A stretch of DNA of 64,000 nucleotides from Bdellovibrio sp. (GCA_036677065.1 JAKFBS010000004.1:416001-480000); one strand, 5' to 3'. Positions 18,284 through 28,318 are shown, counted from the first letter of the stretch. Translations and numbers: made by a program. Notes: a model not told the origin generated them from the sequence alone.

Positions 18284-21247
18284 TTACTGATTCTCTTCAG
18301 GAGCGAATCCACGGCGCATGGTATTTTCAGTCACAACGATAGGCTCTGTGAATTGTTTTAAATAATCAGGGCCGCCGGTTTTTGAACCGATGCCTGACAT
18401 TTTGTATCCGCCGAACGGGTGACGATCAACCATTGCACCTGTGATGCCGCGATTGATGTACATATTGCCCACTTCAAGCTCTTGCTTAACGCGTTCAATG
18501 TTGGCCGGGCTGCGCGAGAACACACCGCCTGTAAGCGCGTACTCAGTTGAGTTTGCGATCTCGATGGCGTGAGTCAGATCTTTGGCTCTGATCATCGCAA
18601 CGATGGGGCCGAAGAATTCATTTTGAGCTACGTCATCAGATGATTTCACATCGCCAAAGATTGTGATTGGTACGAAGTAGCCACCCTGTGGGCTTTCGCC
18701 TTTGAAGAGCACTTTGTATTTGCTACTTGCTTCAGTGATTGAATTATTTAAACGGTCGTAAGCTTCTTGATCCACAACTGGGCCGAAATATCCTTTTGGA
18801 TTTTCTGCTGAAGAAATCTCGATTGATTTTGCGCCTTCAACTAAACGTTGTGTGAATTTTTCGTAAACTTCGTCTAACACGATCACACGTGATGCTGCCG
18901 AACATTTTTGTCCTGCAAAACCAAATGCTGAGTATAATACGTTGTCGACAGCTTCATCTAGATCGGCATCGCTATCGATGATCATGGCGTTTTTTCCGCC
19001 CATTTCGATAATACAACGTTTTACGTGTTGCTGGCCAGGTTGAACAACGGCAGCGTTTTTAGCAATTAATAAACCAACCACTTTAGATCCAGTGAAAGCG
19101 ATCGTCGTTGTGTGTTTATGTTTTACAATGTAGTCGCCAACGATTTCGCCGTAACCAGGTAAAAACTGAAGCACGTTCTCTGGAAGGCCAACTTGTTTGA
19201 ATAAATCAAATAAACCTTGAGCTACTAATGAAGACTGCTCTGCTGGTTTCATAACTACTGTGTTACCAGTAACTAAGGCCGCAGCTACTTGGCCTGCTAA
19301 GATCGCTAATGGGAAGTTCCATGGCGAGATCACAGATACAACACCACGAGGTTTGTAGATGTAGTGGCTGATTTCGCCCGGAGCGTGGCCTACGCGTAAT
19401 GGGTTAGCTAATTGGCGTTGGTGACGGGCATAGTAACGTAAGAAATCAATGGCTTCAGCCACATCGCCGTCAGCTTCAGCCCAGGGTTTACCGACTTCAA
19501 CGATTTGGTGAGCCATTAATTTAAATTTATTTTTTACCATTAAGTCTGCAACATCGTCTAAGAACTTAGCGCGGCGGTAAGTATCTACGTTTTTCCAAGA
19601 TTTAAAAGCTTCATGGGCTTTTGTCATTGCAGTTTCTGCAACTTCAACTGATGCCATTGTTACTTCGGCCACAATCTGCGCGTGACGAGAAGGATTCACG
19701 CGGTTAAAGATTTCGCCAGTCGTGATTTTTTGCCCGCCGACAATGGGTTGAATTTTAACTGGTAGTTGTGATTTTAAATTTTGAATCGCTTTTAGTGTTT
19801 CGCTACGAACTTCTTCAACAGCGAAATCTAAGTAAGGTTCGTTGTGAAATTGATTTGGATTCGTTTCAGGGTTTGGATTTGTCGGAGTTAAACCAACTGA
19901 AGGATCTTTTAATAATTCAGCTGTAGTTTTACCTTCAGCGAATTTACCGCGTAACCAAGATTCATTCGAAGTATTTTCTAAAAGACGACGAACAAGATAC
20001 GCCATGCCAGGAATAAGTTCGCCGACTGGGGCGTATTCGCGCACGCGGTAACCCATGTCTGATAATGATTTTTTAATCGGTTCAGCCATTCCGTAAAGCA
20101 TTTGCACTTCGTACGCGTTTTTTGGCAGACCAAGTTGTTCAGCTTTAACAATCGCTGCAGAAATCGTACGAACGTTGTGTGAAGCTAAAGCTACGCGAAT
20201 GAATTTGTAATTTTCTAAAAGATAATTGGCGCAAAGTTCGTAGTTGGCATCAGATTCAGCTTTATTTAAGTAAACCGGAATTGACCAACCTTTTTGTTTA
20301 GCTTCAATAGTTTCGGAATCCCAGTAAGCGCCTTTTACTAAACGAATTGTAAACGGTGTGCCACGTTGTCTTGCGAATTCAGTTAAGTCTTTAACGTCGG
20401 CGTAAGAATCGCGTAAGTACGCTTGCACCACGCAACCAAAGAATTTGTAGTTTTTAAATTCTGGTTCAGAGATTAATTCTTTATAAACTTCTACAGTTAA
20501 ATGTTTTACTCCGTAGTGTTCCATATCTAAATTTACGAATACGCCAAGATCCATACCTTTTTTGAAGATGGGGCGAAGGCGTTCTTTTAACATCGCTTTA
20601 GATTCGTCCCAGGCTTTGTCATTGATTTGCGAATACACTGCCGTCATTTTTACTGACACGTTGATTTTTGGAATTGGTCCATCTGCATCGCGATCTAAAA
20701 GTGGATTTTCATCCCATTTCGCGGCGTCTTTGGCTAACCATTCGATTAATTCCATGTAGCGTTTTTGATATTCTAAAGCTTCTTTTTCAGAAAGAGTCGC
20801 TTCACCTAAAATATCAACTGTGAAAGTTAAATTGTTTTTACGGGCTTTTTTTAATACCGATAAAGCTTCATCAGGAGTTTCGCCAGTGATGAACATTTTT
20901 GCCATCGATGTTACGTTCTTTTTGATGGCTCCGGCCATTAAGCTTGGAGCTAAAGAACCTAAGCCAAGACCCATGTTGAATACCGCTGGCAATTCAGTCT
21001 TGCCACCTTCAGAGAAATATTCTTTTAAGTGAGTAGCAACACCATCAGCTGAAGTTAACGATGGTAATACGTCAACAAAGCGAAACATGTTGGTTTTAAA
21101 TTTTTCATTCTTCATCGACCAGTCCATCACTGAACCGTACCAGAAGTCTTTTGAAAATAATGAGCCTTTAGATTGAGATTCCATACGTTTAAGAATCTCT
21201 TCACCCTTAGATTGGATTTTTAACTGATTGTCTTGCATATGCGACAA
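18284..21247 (-). CDS. putA: Bifunctional proline dehydrogenase / P5C (GSAL) dehydrogenase, minimal PutA
   Basis: RLVKGAYWD, YLVRRLLENTSN, EMGGKN, GQKCSA; 987 aa with no RHH domain. Confidence 0.96.
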   Translation of the reverse strand: MSHMQDNQLKIQSKGEEILKRMESQSKGSLFSKDFWYGSVMDWSMKNEKFKTNMFRFVDVLPSLTSADGVATHLKEYFSEGGKTELPAVFNMGLGLGSLAPSLMAGAIKKNVTSMAKMFITGETPDEALSVLKKARKNNLTFTVDILGEATLSEKEALEYQKRYMELIEWLAKDAAKWDENPLLDRDADGPIPKINVSVKMTAVYSQINDKAWDESKAMLKERLRPIFKKGMDLGVFVNLDMEHYGVKHLTVEVYKELISEPEFKNYKFFGCVVQAYLRDSYADVKDLTEFARQRGTPFTIRLVKGAYWDSETIEAKQKGWSIPVYLNKAESDANYELCANYLLENYKFIRVALASHNVRTISAAIVKAEQLGLPKNAYEVQMLYGMAEPIKKSLSDMGYRVREYAPVGELIPGMAYLVRRLLENTSNESWLRGKFAEGKTTAELLKDPSVGLTPTNPNPETNPNQFHNEPYLDFAVEEVRSETLKAIQNLKSQLPVKIQPIVGGQKITTGEIFNRVNPSRHAQIVAEVTMASVEVAETAMTKAHEAFKSWKNVDTYRRAKFLDDVADLMVKNKFKLMAHQIVEVGKPWAEADGDVAEAIDFLRYYARHQRQLANPLRVGHAPGEISHYIYKPRGVVSVISPWNFPLAILAGQVAAALVTGNTVVMKPAEQSSLVAQGLFDLFKQVGLPENVLQFLPGYGEIVGDYIVKHKHTTTIAFTGSKVVGLLIAKNAAVVQPGQQHVKRCIIEMGGKNAMIIDSDADLDEAVDNVLYSAFGFAGQKCSAASRVIVLDEVYEKFTQRLVEGAKSIEISSAENPKGYFGPVVDQEAYDRLNNSITEASSKYKVLFKGESPQGGYFVPITIFGDVKSSDDVAQNEFFGPIVAMIRAKDLTHAIEIANSTEYALTGGVFSRSPANIERVKQELEVGNMYINRGITGAMVDRHPFGGYKMSGIGSKTGGPDYLKQFTEPIVVTENTMRRGFAPEENQ

Positions 21248-21255
21248 TTTTTACG

Positions 21256-21894
21256 CTAGTTGATATCCCATTGGCAAACTAAAAGCGGCTGGTTTACAGG
21301 ACGTGTTTTGTCTCTCAAAACGGCCTCTAATTTATCTCCGGATTTCAACGCGCCAACACCAGAAGGAGTGCCCGTTAATAGAACATCATGAGAAGAAACG
21401 GGAAAATGCGCTTTAATATATTTTAAAAGCGTTTCGGGGCTAAAAATCATGTCAGAAGCATCACCAAGTTGTTTAGTTTCGTTATTGATTTTTAGTTCTA
21501 ATTGTAATGATTCAAGATTAGGCACAGATCCAACCTCAAGCCAAGGGCCCATCGGGCAAGAATCGGTAAAAGATTTAGCCAAGGTCCAAGGCAGGCCATT
21601 TTTTTTAGCATCAGATTGGGCATCGCGTGCTGTCAAATCAAGGGCTAATGTAAAGTGTGAAAATTGTAAATCTTCATTCAGCCAGAAGGCGATTTCTAAT
21701 TCGTGGTGGATTTCTTTTGACCAAGACGGAAGGTGAATCACGCTGCCGGTTGAAATTGAATTTCCTGATTTTAAAAAGATCACTGGATTTGCCGGAACTT
21801 CGGCTTTCATTTCTTTAGCGTGATCGGCGTAGTTACGACCTGCAGCCCAGACATTGCGAACAAGTTGTTGATGAAAAGTGTTTTTATCAACCAT
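21256..21894 (-). CDS. Fumarylacetoacetate hydrolase-family protein
   Basis: GRNYADHAKEM, HHELE, DLTARDAQ, AKSF, TGTPSGVG. Confidence 0.9.
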   Translation of the reverse strand: MVDKNTFHQQLVRNVWAAGRNYADHAKEMKAEVPANPVIFLKSGNSISTGSVIHLPSWSKEIHHELEIAFWLNEDLQFSHFTLALDLTARDAQSDAKKNGLPWTLAKSFTDSCPMGPWLEVGSVPNLESLQLELKINNETKQLGDASDMIFSPETLLKYIKAHFPVSSHDVLLTGTPSGVGALKSGDKLEAVLRDKTRPVNQPLLVCQWDIN

Positions 21895-21908
21895 AGGCTG
21901 CTCCGAGA

Positions 21909-23429
21909 TTATTTTTGTGCTTCTTCGATTCTATCTTTTTTCTGACGATTGCGATTCACAAAGTTTCGCATAGCTTTATCTAACTGCATATTAAAATCAA
22001 AATCACCGCTAACATCCGGATGTTTTTTCATATTTTTAAGAAAAGCCACGTAATCATCATTCGATAAAAATGTCATTGGTGCATTTTTAGATGTCTTTGT
22101 CATTGGTCCTACATTAAAACGAAGTCCGGCACCTGCATGGCAGCCAAGACAAGAGCCATTAATGTTATCAACTGGCCCATTCAAGCGGGTATTGTTGCGA
22201 TCTAATTCTGGGGGTAAGTCTGCGCCAAGGGCTACGCGGGTTGTGATGTGATTATTGGTAGCTCCATCAAAGATGTGGCTTTGGCCTGCATCAAGTCCGA
22301 ACTGTAAGCCTGCAGGGCGCATGTACTTTAAAGCTTCTGGAATATCCATATCGGCTAAGTGTTCATTTTTATGATTCAGATCAATGTAGTAAGTTAACAT
22401 AATCCAATTTTTTAAAACCGGATTTGTTCCTTTTAAGCGTGAGTCTTTTAGTGAAATATCAATTTGCACTAAAGCGACATTTTGCAGCTGACGAAGACTT
22501 TCATCTTTAGCTGTTTTGCCATCATCTTGGCGGGCATGACTGACGTGAGTCCACCAGTTATAAGTTTTTAAGTCACCTGAGTTTGTAGCCCACTGGCCAC
22601 GCATTTGGTTTTCCCAGTCAGGCATAGCGTTGAATAATAATTTGAAAGCAAGGCCTCCGTCTTTGGCGATAAACTGGGGGCGCATTTCAGTGATTTGTGG
22701 CAGTAGGCTATTTTTCTCGTGAAAAAATTCGGCATAACCATCGCAGACGGGTTGATTGAAATATGAAATTCCCCAAGTTACTGCATCTTCTGTCATTTCT
22801 ACATTTTTAGGAACCGTGTAGACGTGTGTTGTTCTGATCGGAAATTCTTTTGTTAATCCATGAATAGCTTCACGGCCTTTTTCAGTCACATTAAGCCACG
22901 GTGTATGGCACCAAGTACGTAAACTATTTGATCTGAAATGATTTTCGTACTGAGTTTTACCTTTTGTGTTGTCGGCATCAAACCAGCCTTCATAAATATA
23001 ACGTTGAAGCATATGCGCTAACTTTTCTGCATCTTGTTTGTTAGATACATCTAAGTTTTGACCGACCCATGGCATTTCTTTAACATTTTTACGAGCTCTG
23101 TTCTTGGCTTTCTTCGCTAAAGTCGAAGGGCTTTCTTTGAATTTAAAAAGTGGATCAAAAGGTTTTAAAGCTAAAGATTTTGCTTTAGCTAAATCCTGAT
23201 CGCACATTAAGGGCTGTATTTTTTTATTAGAATTGCGTCCGACCGATGTCGGTTGCATAACATCCAAAACGACAAATCCATTTTCAGAATTATCTTGGGG
23301 ATAGTTTATTTTTCCACAACCCGTAACTTCGTCGTTTGTGGGTGTGCGATTTTTTTCTGTTGAAGTGCAACCTAAAACAAACAAAAGACCAATTAATGAA
23401 ACTGCGCTGGTCGCTTTTAATATTCCCAT
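21909..23429 (-). CDS. Lipoprotein with a single CxxCH heme-c motif
   Basis: Lipobox VLGC; GSCLGCHAG near the C-terminus. Confidence 0.65.
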   Translation of the reverse strand: MGILKATSAVSLIGLLFVLGCTSTEKNRTPTNDEVTGCGKINYPQDNSENGFVVLDVMQPTSVGRNSNKKIQPLMCDQDLAKAKSLALKPFDPLFKFKESPSTLAKKAKNRARKNVKEMPWVGQNLDVSNKQDAEKLAHMLQRYIYEGWFDADNTKGKTQYENHFRSNSLRTWCHTPWLNVTEKGREAIHGLTKEFPIRTTHVYTVPKNVEMTEDAVTWGISYFNQPVCDGYAEFFHEKNSLLPQITEMRPQFIAKDGGLAFKLLFNAMPDWENQMRGQWATNSGDLKTYNWWTHVSHARQDDGKTAKDESLRQLQNVALVQIDISLKDSRLKGTNPVLKNWIMLTYYIDLNHKNEHLADMDIPEALKYMRPAGLQFGLDAGQSHIFDGATNNHITTRVALGADLPPELDRNNTRLNGPVDNINGSCLGCHAGAGLRFNVGPMTKTSKNAPMTFLSNDDYVAFLKNMKKHPDVSGDFDFNMQLDKAMRNFVNRNRQKKDRIEEAQK

Positions 23430-23537
23430 GAAATTACTCCCTATACTTAAAGTTTATGCAACGGGATCATTAACCGAAAGGCCTGATTGCTGGCTGCTGC
23501 CCATAGGTCTAGATTGACACAGAAATGACTCAAGAGC

Positions 23538-24041
23538 CTAAGCAGCTCCACGAGATTTAAACTGCCAAATTCCTTCTTCGGTAATTTTAAATTCAATGTA
23601 TTGCGCAGGAGCCCAGCCTGCAAATTCGTAAGAGTTTAAATTTTTGTCGCAGTTAATCACTGTCATAGCTTCTTCAACCCAGTCATAGTGAGTGCAAGCG
23701 TAAACCACTTGATTTTTATTTTCTGGTTGTGCCGCTTGGAAGGTGTAAAAATTAATTAATTTTTGCACGCGCGCGCGAAATTGTTGTGACGTTTCATTAA
23801 GGTCGCGTAAGTTTAATTCATTTTTTAATTCAGATTTGGGTTTAAAATTTTCGATTAAATCATGCAGCGTTTCTTTAGTTCTAATCATATTGGAAAATAA
23901 ACAAACAGTTGGTGCTGGCAATACTTTACTTTTAGCCATCTCTGAAAGCTTACGTGATTGTTCGTGGCCTTTGGCGCTAAGGCTTGGGTTTTCAGGTGGC
24001 TCCATTGATTTGTGACCATGACGAAATAATATAAAAATCAT
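23538..24041 (-). CDS. Histidine phosphatase (SixA-like)
   Basis: LFRHG, RTKET, ACTH motifs. Confidence 0.8.
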   Translation of the reverse strand: MIFILFRHGHKSMEPPENPSLSAKGHEQSRKLSEMAKSKVLPAPTVCLFSNMIRTKETLHDLIENFKPKSELKNELNLRDLNETSQQFRARVQKLINFYTFQAAQPENKNQVVYACTHYDWVEEAMTVINCDKNLNSYEFAGWAPAQYIEFKITEEGIWQFKSRGAA

Positions 24042-24097
24042 TGTTTAAGCGTACCTAAAACCTTGAGAACATGTCACGAGTTTGCTAATTTAAAGTT

Positions 24098-24991
24098 ATG
24101 TCAAAAATTTACCGCTATTGCTCTAATGATTTTACCGTACGTGCTGCCGCTGTTGACGCAACTCAAGTTGTGCAAGAGATGCAGATGTTGCAAAACACTT
24201 TGCCGATTGCAACTGTTGGCGTTGGTAAAGCCATGGTGGGCGCACTGTTAATGGCAGCCCAGTTAAAAGATAAGCAGCAAGTGGGTCTTTTATTTCGCGG
24301 CAATGGCTCTATTAAAAGTATTTATGCTGAAGCAGATTACGAAGGTAGTGTTCGCGCGTTTACGCCAAACCCTGGTTATGAACCTGCTAATTACGATAAA
24401 GGTTTAAGTGTTGCCGAAGCCTTAGGAAAAGGAACTTTAAGCGTTGCTCGTCATCAGCCTTTTCAAAAATCACCATTTCACGGTACCGTTGAACTTGTGA
24501 CCGGCGAGATCGCTGAAGATTTGGCCCATTACTTACATCAATCACATCAAATTCGTTCAGTTGTGGCTTTAGGAATTTATCTAGATGAATACGGCAAGTG
24601 TGTTAAAGCCGGTGGTGTAATTATTGAAATTATGCCTGGTGTGGATGAAAAAAATGTCAGTGCCATTGAAGCCAATACGGCAATCATGCAACCAAGTGTT
24701 TCAAAAATTTTGATGGAAGGTGGAAAACCATTCAATCTAGTTGAGCCATTTATGTTGGGTATTCCATTTACAGAATTAGATCATCCCCATGAAGCAAAGT
24801 ATTTTTGTCCGTGCGATAAAGAGCGCGTCAAAGGTGCTTTATCAATTTTAGGTATGGCCGAACTTCAAGACATCATCGATAAAGGTGAAGAGCAAGAAGT
24901 GATCTGCCAAATGTGTGGTAAGCCTTACTTAGTTACAATTGATGAAGTGTCTGAACTTAAAGAAGTTCTTCATAAAAATTCAATGCACTAA
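24098..24991 (+). CDS. hslO: Hsp33 redox-regulated chaperone
   Basis: GEIAEDLAHYLHQSHQ; zinc centre CPC...CQMC. Confidence 0.92.
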   Translation: MSKIYRYCSNDFTVRAAAVDATQVVQEMQMLQNTLPIATVGVGKAMVGALLMAAQLKDKQQVGLLFRGNGSIKSIYAEADYEGSVRAFTPNPGYEPANYDKGLSVAEALGKGTLSVARHQPFQKSPFHGTVELVTGEIAEDLAHYLHQSHQIRSVVALGIYLDEYGKCVKAGGVIIEIMPGVDEKNVSAIEANTAIMQPSVSKILMEGGKPFNLVEPFMLGIPFTELDHPHEAKYFCPCDKERVKGALSILGMAELQDIIDKGEEQEVICQMCGKPYLVTIDEVSELKEVLHKNSMH

Positions 24992-24992
24992 T

Positions 24993-25442
24993 TTACGGGT
25001 GAATGCCGCAAGCCACAGCGACACCTGTGGATTTTCCATTTTTGGTTTCTTCAAGAACAAAAATTTTTCCGCGAAGCTCTAGCTGAAACAATAATAGGTT
25101 GGGGGATGCGCGGCCGCCATAACTTGAATGCTGAGATTCGCTTGAAGTTAATAGCAGAGCATCAGATTCATTTTCAACTTTTTCGATTTTTCCTGTTTCA
25201 TTTATAGCGTTTGGAGTCATTGGCGCAGAATAATTAGAACAGTCTCCTATGGCGTAGATAAAAACGCCATAACCTTGCTGTTTTTTGAGTCCATTAAGGC
25301 GGAACTGAAAATCAACAGCGCCTTCGGTAACGATTTCAAACTCACCGTTAGCATAGTACGGAAGTGTACGATTTAACTTTACGATTTTTGCTTGAGCAAG
25401 ACAGGTGAAAGAAAGGCTTAAAGCCAATACGAATAAACGCAT
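24993..25442 (-). CDS. Secreted protein resembling a degenerate Cu/Zn superoxide dismutase fold
   Basis: GL...GYGVFIYAIGDCS and GKIFVLE...GVAVACG resemble SodC, but the His ligands are replaced. Confidence 0.5.
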   Translation of the reverse strand: MRLFVLALSLSFTCLAQAKIVKLNRTLPYYANGEFEIVTEGAVDFQFRLNGLKKQQGYGVFIYAIGDCSNYSAPMTPNAINETGKIEKVENESDALLLTSSESQHSSYGGRASPNLLLFQLELRGKIFVLEETKNGKSTGVAVACGIHP

Positions 25443-25522
25443 AGATTCCCCCGAAACTTTAATTCTATAGATAGAGAAAAGACTTCTCTATCTCTTCGGG
25501 GAAAATCTCAATTTAAGACAGA

Positions 25523-26083
25523 TTATTTAGCTACAGTTTGCTTGCTGCGAAGAGCGGCTTTGCAGATAGATACTTTTTCTTCGTATTCATCCTGGCGGGC
25601 ATTTAAAACCGTTTTGTAACCGCGAAATCTTTGAATACGGTCGACTAAAAATTCTTCTGTCACAGCAACCAGTTTTTTCTGTTCATCAATGCCGATTTTA
25701 AAATCATCTTCTTTATCAGTGATACGCTCTAATGGCTCAGTCCACATTAATTTACCATCACCGCCATTGCGTGGGTCTGATAACTGGATTTTACATTCGC
25801 GAAGTACGCCGTATAAACCTAAAGATCCGAATCTGCGGTTGCCGTAAACGCGGTCTTCTAATTCATAAACTTCATACTGAGTTTTTCTAAGTTCTTCGTT
25901 TAAAGAAACTTTCTTTTGAAAAACGGCATTGCCATCTTTTACGCCGATAGAACTTTCGCCATTGATCTCATTTTTATGATCAAGCTTTGTGTCGATGTCT
26001 TCCACTTTGTTGGGATTTGTTTTACATGAAAATAAAACAGTTGTTGTTAATGCAGCTACCAGAAATAAATTGAGTGATCTCAC
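25523..26083 (-). CDS. Hypothetical lipoprotein
   Basis: GTG start with SD AAGGAG; lipobox LFSC. Confidence 0.75.
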   Translation of the reverse strand: MRSLNLFLVAALTTTVLFSCKTNPNKVEDIDTKLDHKNEINGESSIGVKDGNAVFQKKVSLNEELRKTQYEVYELEDRVYGNRRFGSLGLYGVLRECKIQLSDPRNGGDGKLMWTEPLERITDKEDDFKIGIDEQKKLVAVTEEFLVDRIQRFRGYKTVLNARQDEYEEKVSICKAALRSKQTVAK

Positions 26084-26179
26084 GAAGAGCTCCTTTTGAT
26101 GTGATATTAGTTTAGAGGAGTTGCTTTCAAAAGGGCATCATGTCAGGCGTTAATCTGTTGTATTAAAAATACTTATGGC

Positions 26180-26294
26180 AAAATGCGAAGCTGGTGGCTC
26201 GGTGTTTTCCGAAACCAGCGAAGAAAAGTTTGTGATAGGTTGGGTTCGCTCACTTTGGGCTCTACGACTGTAGATGGGAGCGGGCTTGTTGTAC
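26180..26294 (-). ncRNA. Candidate sigma54-dependent structured RNA or long leader
   Basis: Two hairpins (26247-26282, 26190-26219) directly downstream of a strong -24/-12 match. Confidence 0.4.
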
Positions 26295-26304
26295 TTCTCT
26301 ATAT

Positions 26305-26321
26305 AGCAATGACCTTGCCAA
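26305..26321 (-). promoter_or_regulatory. sigma54 promoter
   Basis: Minus strand TTGGCAAGGTCATTGCT, near-consensus TGGCACG-N4-TTGCT. Confidence 0.7.
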
Positions 26322-26324
26322 GTT

Positions 26325-26337
26325 TCTCATAATGAGA
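26325..26337. promoter_or_regulatory. TCTCA-N3-TGAGA palindrome (perfect copy)
   Basis: TCTCATAATGAGA, 5 bp upstream of the -24 GG. Confidence 0.6.
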
Positions 26338-26566
26338 TTTTTTAATTAAATCATACACTTACGTAGCTGGTGCCATGATGGAACTTCTTGGTCCAAAAAA
26401 ATCCTCATATAAATAGAGAAACTGGGATCAAAAGGTAACGGGGCACCAAGTGTGTCAGGGGTGTTATCGTTTTTTGTCAAAGAGCTGTTTTAATCTCGAA
26501 GTGATACGCTCAGGTCTAATATATGCCAGCAAACTTGGTCATAAAGTTGAAATAATGTATTTTGAC

Positions 26567-27211
26567 ATGAAATTAAACTACTTCTTACGCTTTATTATGT
26601 TCGTTTTTATTGGTGCTGCCTTAAATGCGTGCGCACCTAAAAAATCAGAAGACTGTGGTTTTGTTCAGAATGTTTATGGACAAAGAATTTCATGGAAAAC
26701 ATCAACGCCAATTCAATTATATGTTAGCCAAAATGTTCCGGCGTCTTTAAGACCCGCGATTCACCGTGCTGCGGCAAGCTGGGAGCAAACTCTAGGACGC
26801 AAAGTTTTTGAAGTGATTGAAGAAAATTCTTCACAAACTTCTACGCCAGGTCGAGATAAGAAAAATGGTATTTACTTTTTATCGCAATGGGAGTCAGATA
26901 GAAAGTCTGAGCAAGGTCGCACGTCAGTCTACTGGGCTGGAGATGAGATTCAAGAAGCTGATATCCGTATCAATTCTGCAGATTTTAACTATTACGATCA
27001 GAACCCTCAACAACTTGTAAGAACAGCTAGCAATAAAACCTCGGCGGGTTATAACTTCGAGGCGCTGGTTCTGCACGAGTTAGGTCACTTTTTGGGTCTG
27101 AAACATCGCGAAAGCATGGGCACAGTAATGGCAAAAGAACTTGGCGCCTACTCAGACAGGATCAAATTGGCTTCGGTCGATGCTGAATCTGTACAATGTG
27201 AATATAAGTAA
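26567..27211 (+). CDS. Matrixin-like (M10) zinc metalloprotease lipoprotein
   Basis: HELGHFLGLKH plus Met-turn TVM; lipobox LNAC; start uncertain. Confidence 0.88.
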   Translation: MKLNYFLRFIMFVFIGAALNACAPKKSEDCGFVQNVYGQRISWKTSTPIQLYVSQNVPASLRPAIHRAAASWEQTLGRKVFEVIEENSSQTSTPGRDKKNGIYFLSQWESDRKSEQGRTSVYWAGDEIQEADIRINSADFNYYDQNPQQLVRTASNKTSAGYNFEALVLHELGHFLGLKHRESMGTVMAKELGAYSDRIKLASVDAESVQCEYK

Positions 27212-27239
27212 GAAAAAAAGAGAAGAAGAGAGAACAGAT

Positions 27240-27458
27240 ATGAAAAATTTAAATCAAACACAAGAATCAAAAGTACAAATCACTGAACCAACAGTGTTAC
27301 CTGATTTAAATATGTCTGTTTACAATGAATTACATGATCAAACTCAAAGCGAAGTAAATGTATTAGCAATGATTAACGAGCAATTTAAACAAATCCATGA
27401 AATGGGTAAACGTCGTTCGTTATTGTTAAAAGAAGTTTCTGGATATTTAGTTAAATAA
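27240..27458 (+). CDS. Small hypothetical protein (72 aa)
   Basis: ATG 27240 after a purine-rich leader; followed by a terminator. Confidence 0.6.
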   Translation: MKNLNQTQESKVQITEPTVLPDLNMSVYNELHDQTQSEVNVLAMINEQFKQIHEMGKRRSLLLKEVSGYLVK

Positions 27459-27501
27459 TTTCGCTATTGCGAAGCAATGCAAAGATACAGCAAATTTAGA
27501 C

Positions 27502-27536
27502 AAAAAAAAAGAGAGCTTGTGGCTCTCTTTTTTTTT
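27502..27536. terminator. Bidirectional intrinsic terminator
   Basis: A9-GAGAGC-TTGTG-GCTCTC-T9. Confidence 0.85.
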
Positions 27537-27548
27537 AGCTGCGGGCGG

Positions 27549-28265
27549 CTAGCTTTCTTCATCGAAGCGAAGTGATTCTAATTTCGGAATAAAAAATCTG
27601 ACGTAATCACCTTGGCGCTCGCGGGTCATGCCTTCTGAAGCGACAGGACGCTCGAATTTAAATTCTTCATGAAATGTTTGAAAGTTGTTCGTGCTGGTTT
27701 TTTTTATGCCTTCGTCAACTGAATCCTGAAATTTTCTTTTTCCAGAAATAGTCGCGCGGTTATTAGCTACCGACATTCTCAAATTATCTTTTTCATGTTC
27801 TGGAGCATAGGCTTCAATCACATAACCATCGTTCATTTCAGAAACGCGGCTACCGCGGTCTTGCACTTTATAGAATTGATCAGTCTCTTTAGTTACGTAA
27901 TTTTGCACCATCGGCGCAGGCTTTTCTGTAGAGATCGAACGGGCGCTAGCTACTGAAGATTGATTAGCTTCTTGGTTGTTATTACTTTTTTGCTGAACAT
28001 CTTTACGGCTATAAGTAGCCGCTTTTATTTCCTGACGTTCAGCTTTGTGCGCTTCATTGCTTTCAACAGCATCGCGTTTGATATGATTAATCGCCGCTGC
28101 AGAGTCTTGATCAATTTCTTTACTTAACTCATTGTACTTAGCTTTAAGATTTTTCAAATCATCACGCTGAGCTTCAGCGAGCTGTTTTTTACGCTCAGTT
28201 TTTTCTTGCTGAACTTGCTGAATGTTGTCTTGCGATACTCTTCGAGTTTGTATTGAATCTGCCAT
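27549..28265 (-). CDS. Hsp20/alpha-crystallin domain protein with a long coiled-coil N-terminus
   Basis: YVIEAYAP...ATISGKRK...FHEEFKF...GDYVRFFIPK. Confidence 0.7.
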   Translation of the reverse strand: MADSIQTRRVSQDNIQQVQQEKTERKKQLAEAQRDDLKNLKAKYNELSKEIDQDSAAAINHIKRDAVESNEAHKAERQEIKAATYSRKDVQQKSNNNQEANQSSVASARSISTEKPAPMVQNYVTKETDQFYKVQDRGSRVSEMNDGYVIEAYAPEHEKDNLRMSVANNRATISGKRKFQDSVDEGIKKTSTNNFQTFHEEFKFERPVASEGMTRERQGDYVRFFIPKLESLRFDEES

Positions 28266-28318
28266 AGATAAATCATAGCAAAAATTGTCTCAAAATAAGA
28301 CGGGCAGAAAGTCTAGAT

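Noticed and set aside
26170..26225. Possible c-di-GMP-I riboswitch (GGCAAA...GAA) on the + strand
   Set aside because: It lacks the GNRA-capped P2 and the GACGCAAAG junction; promoter evidence favours the minus strand.
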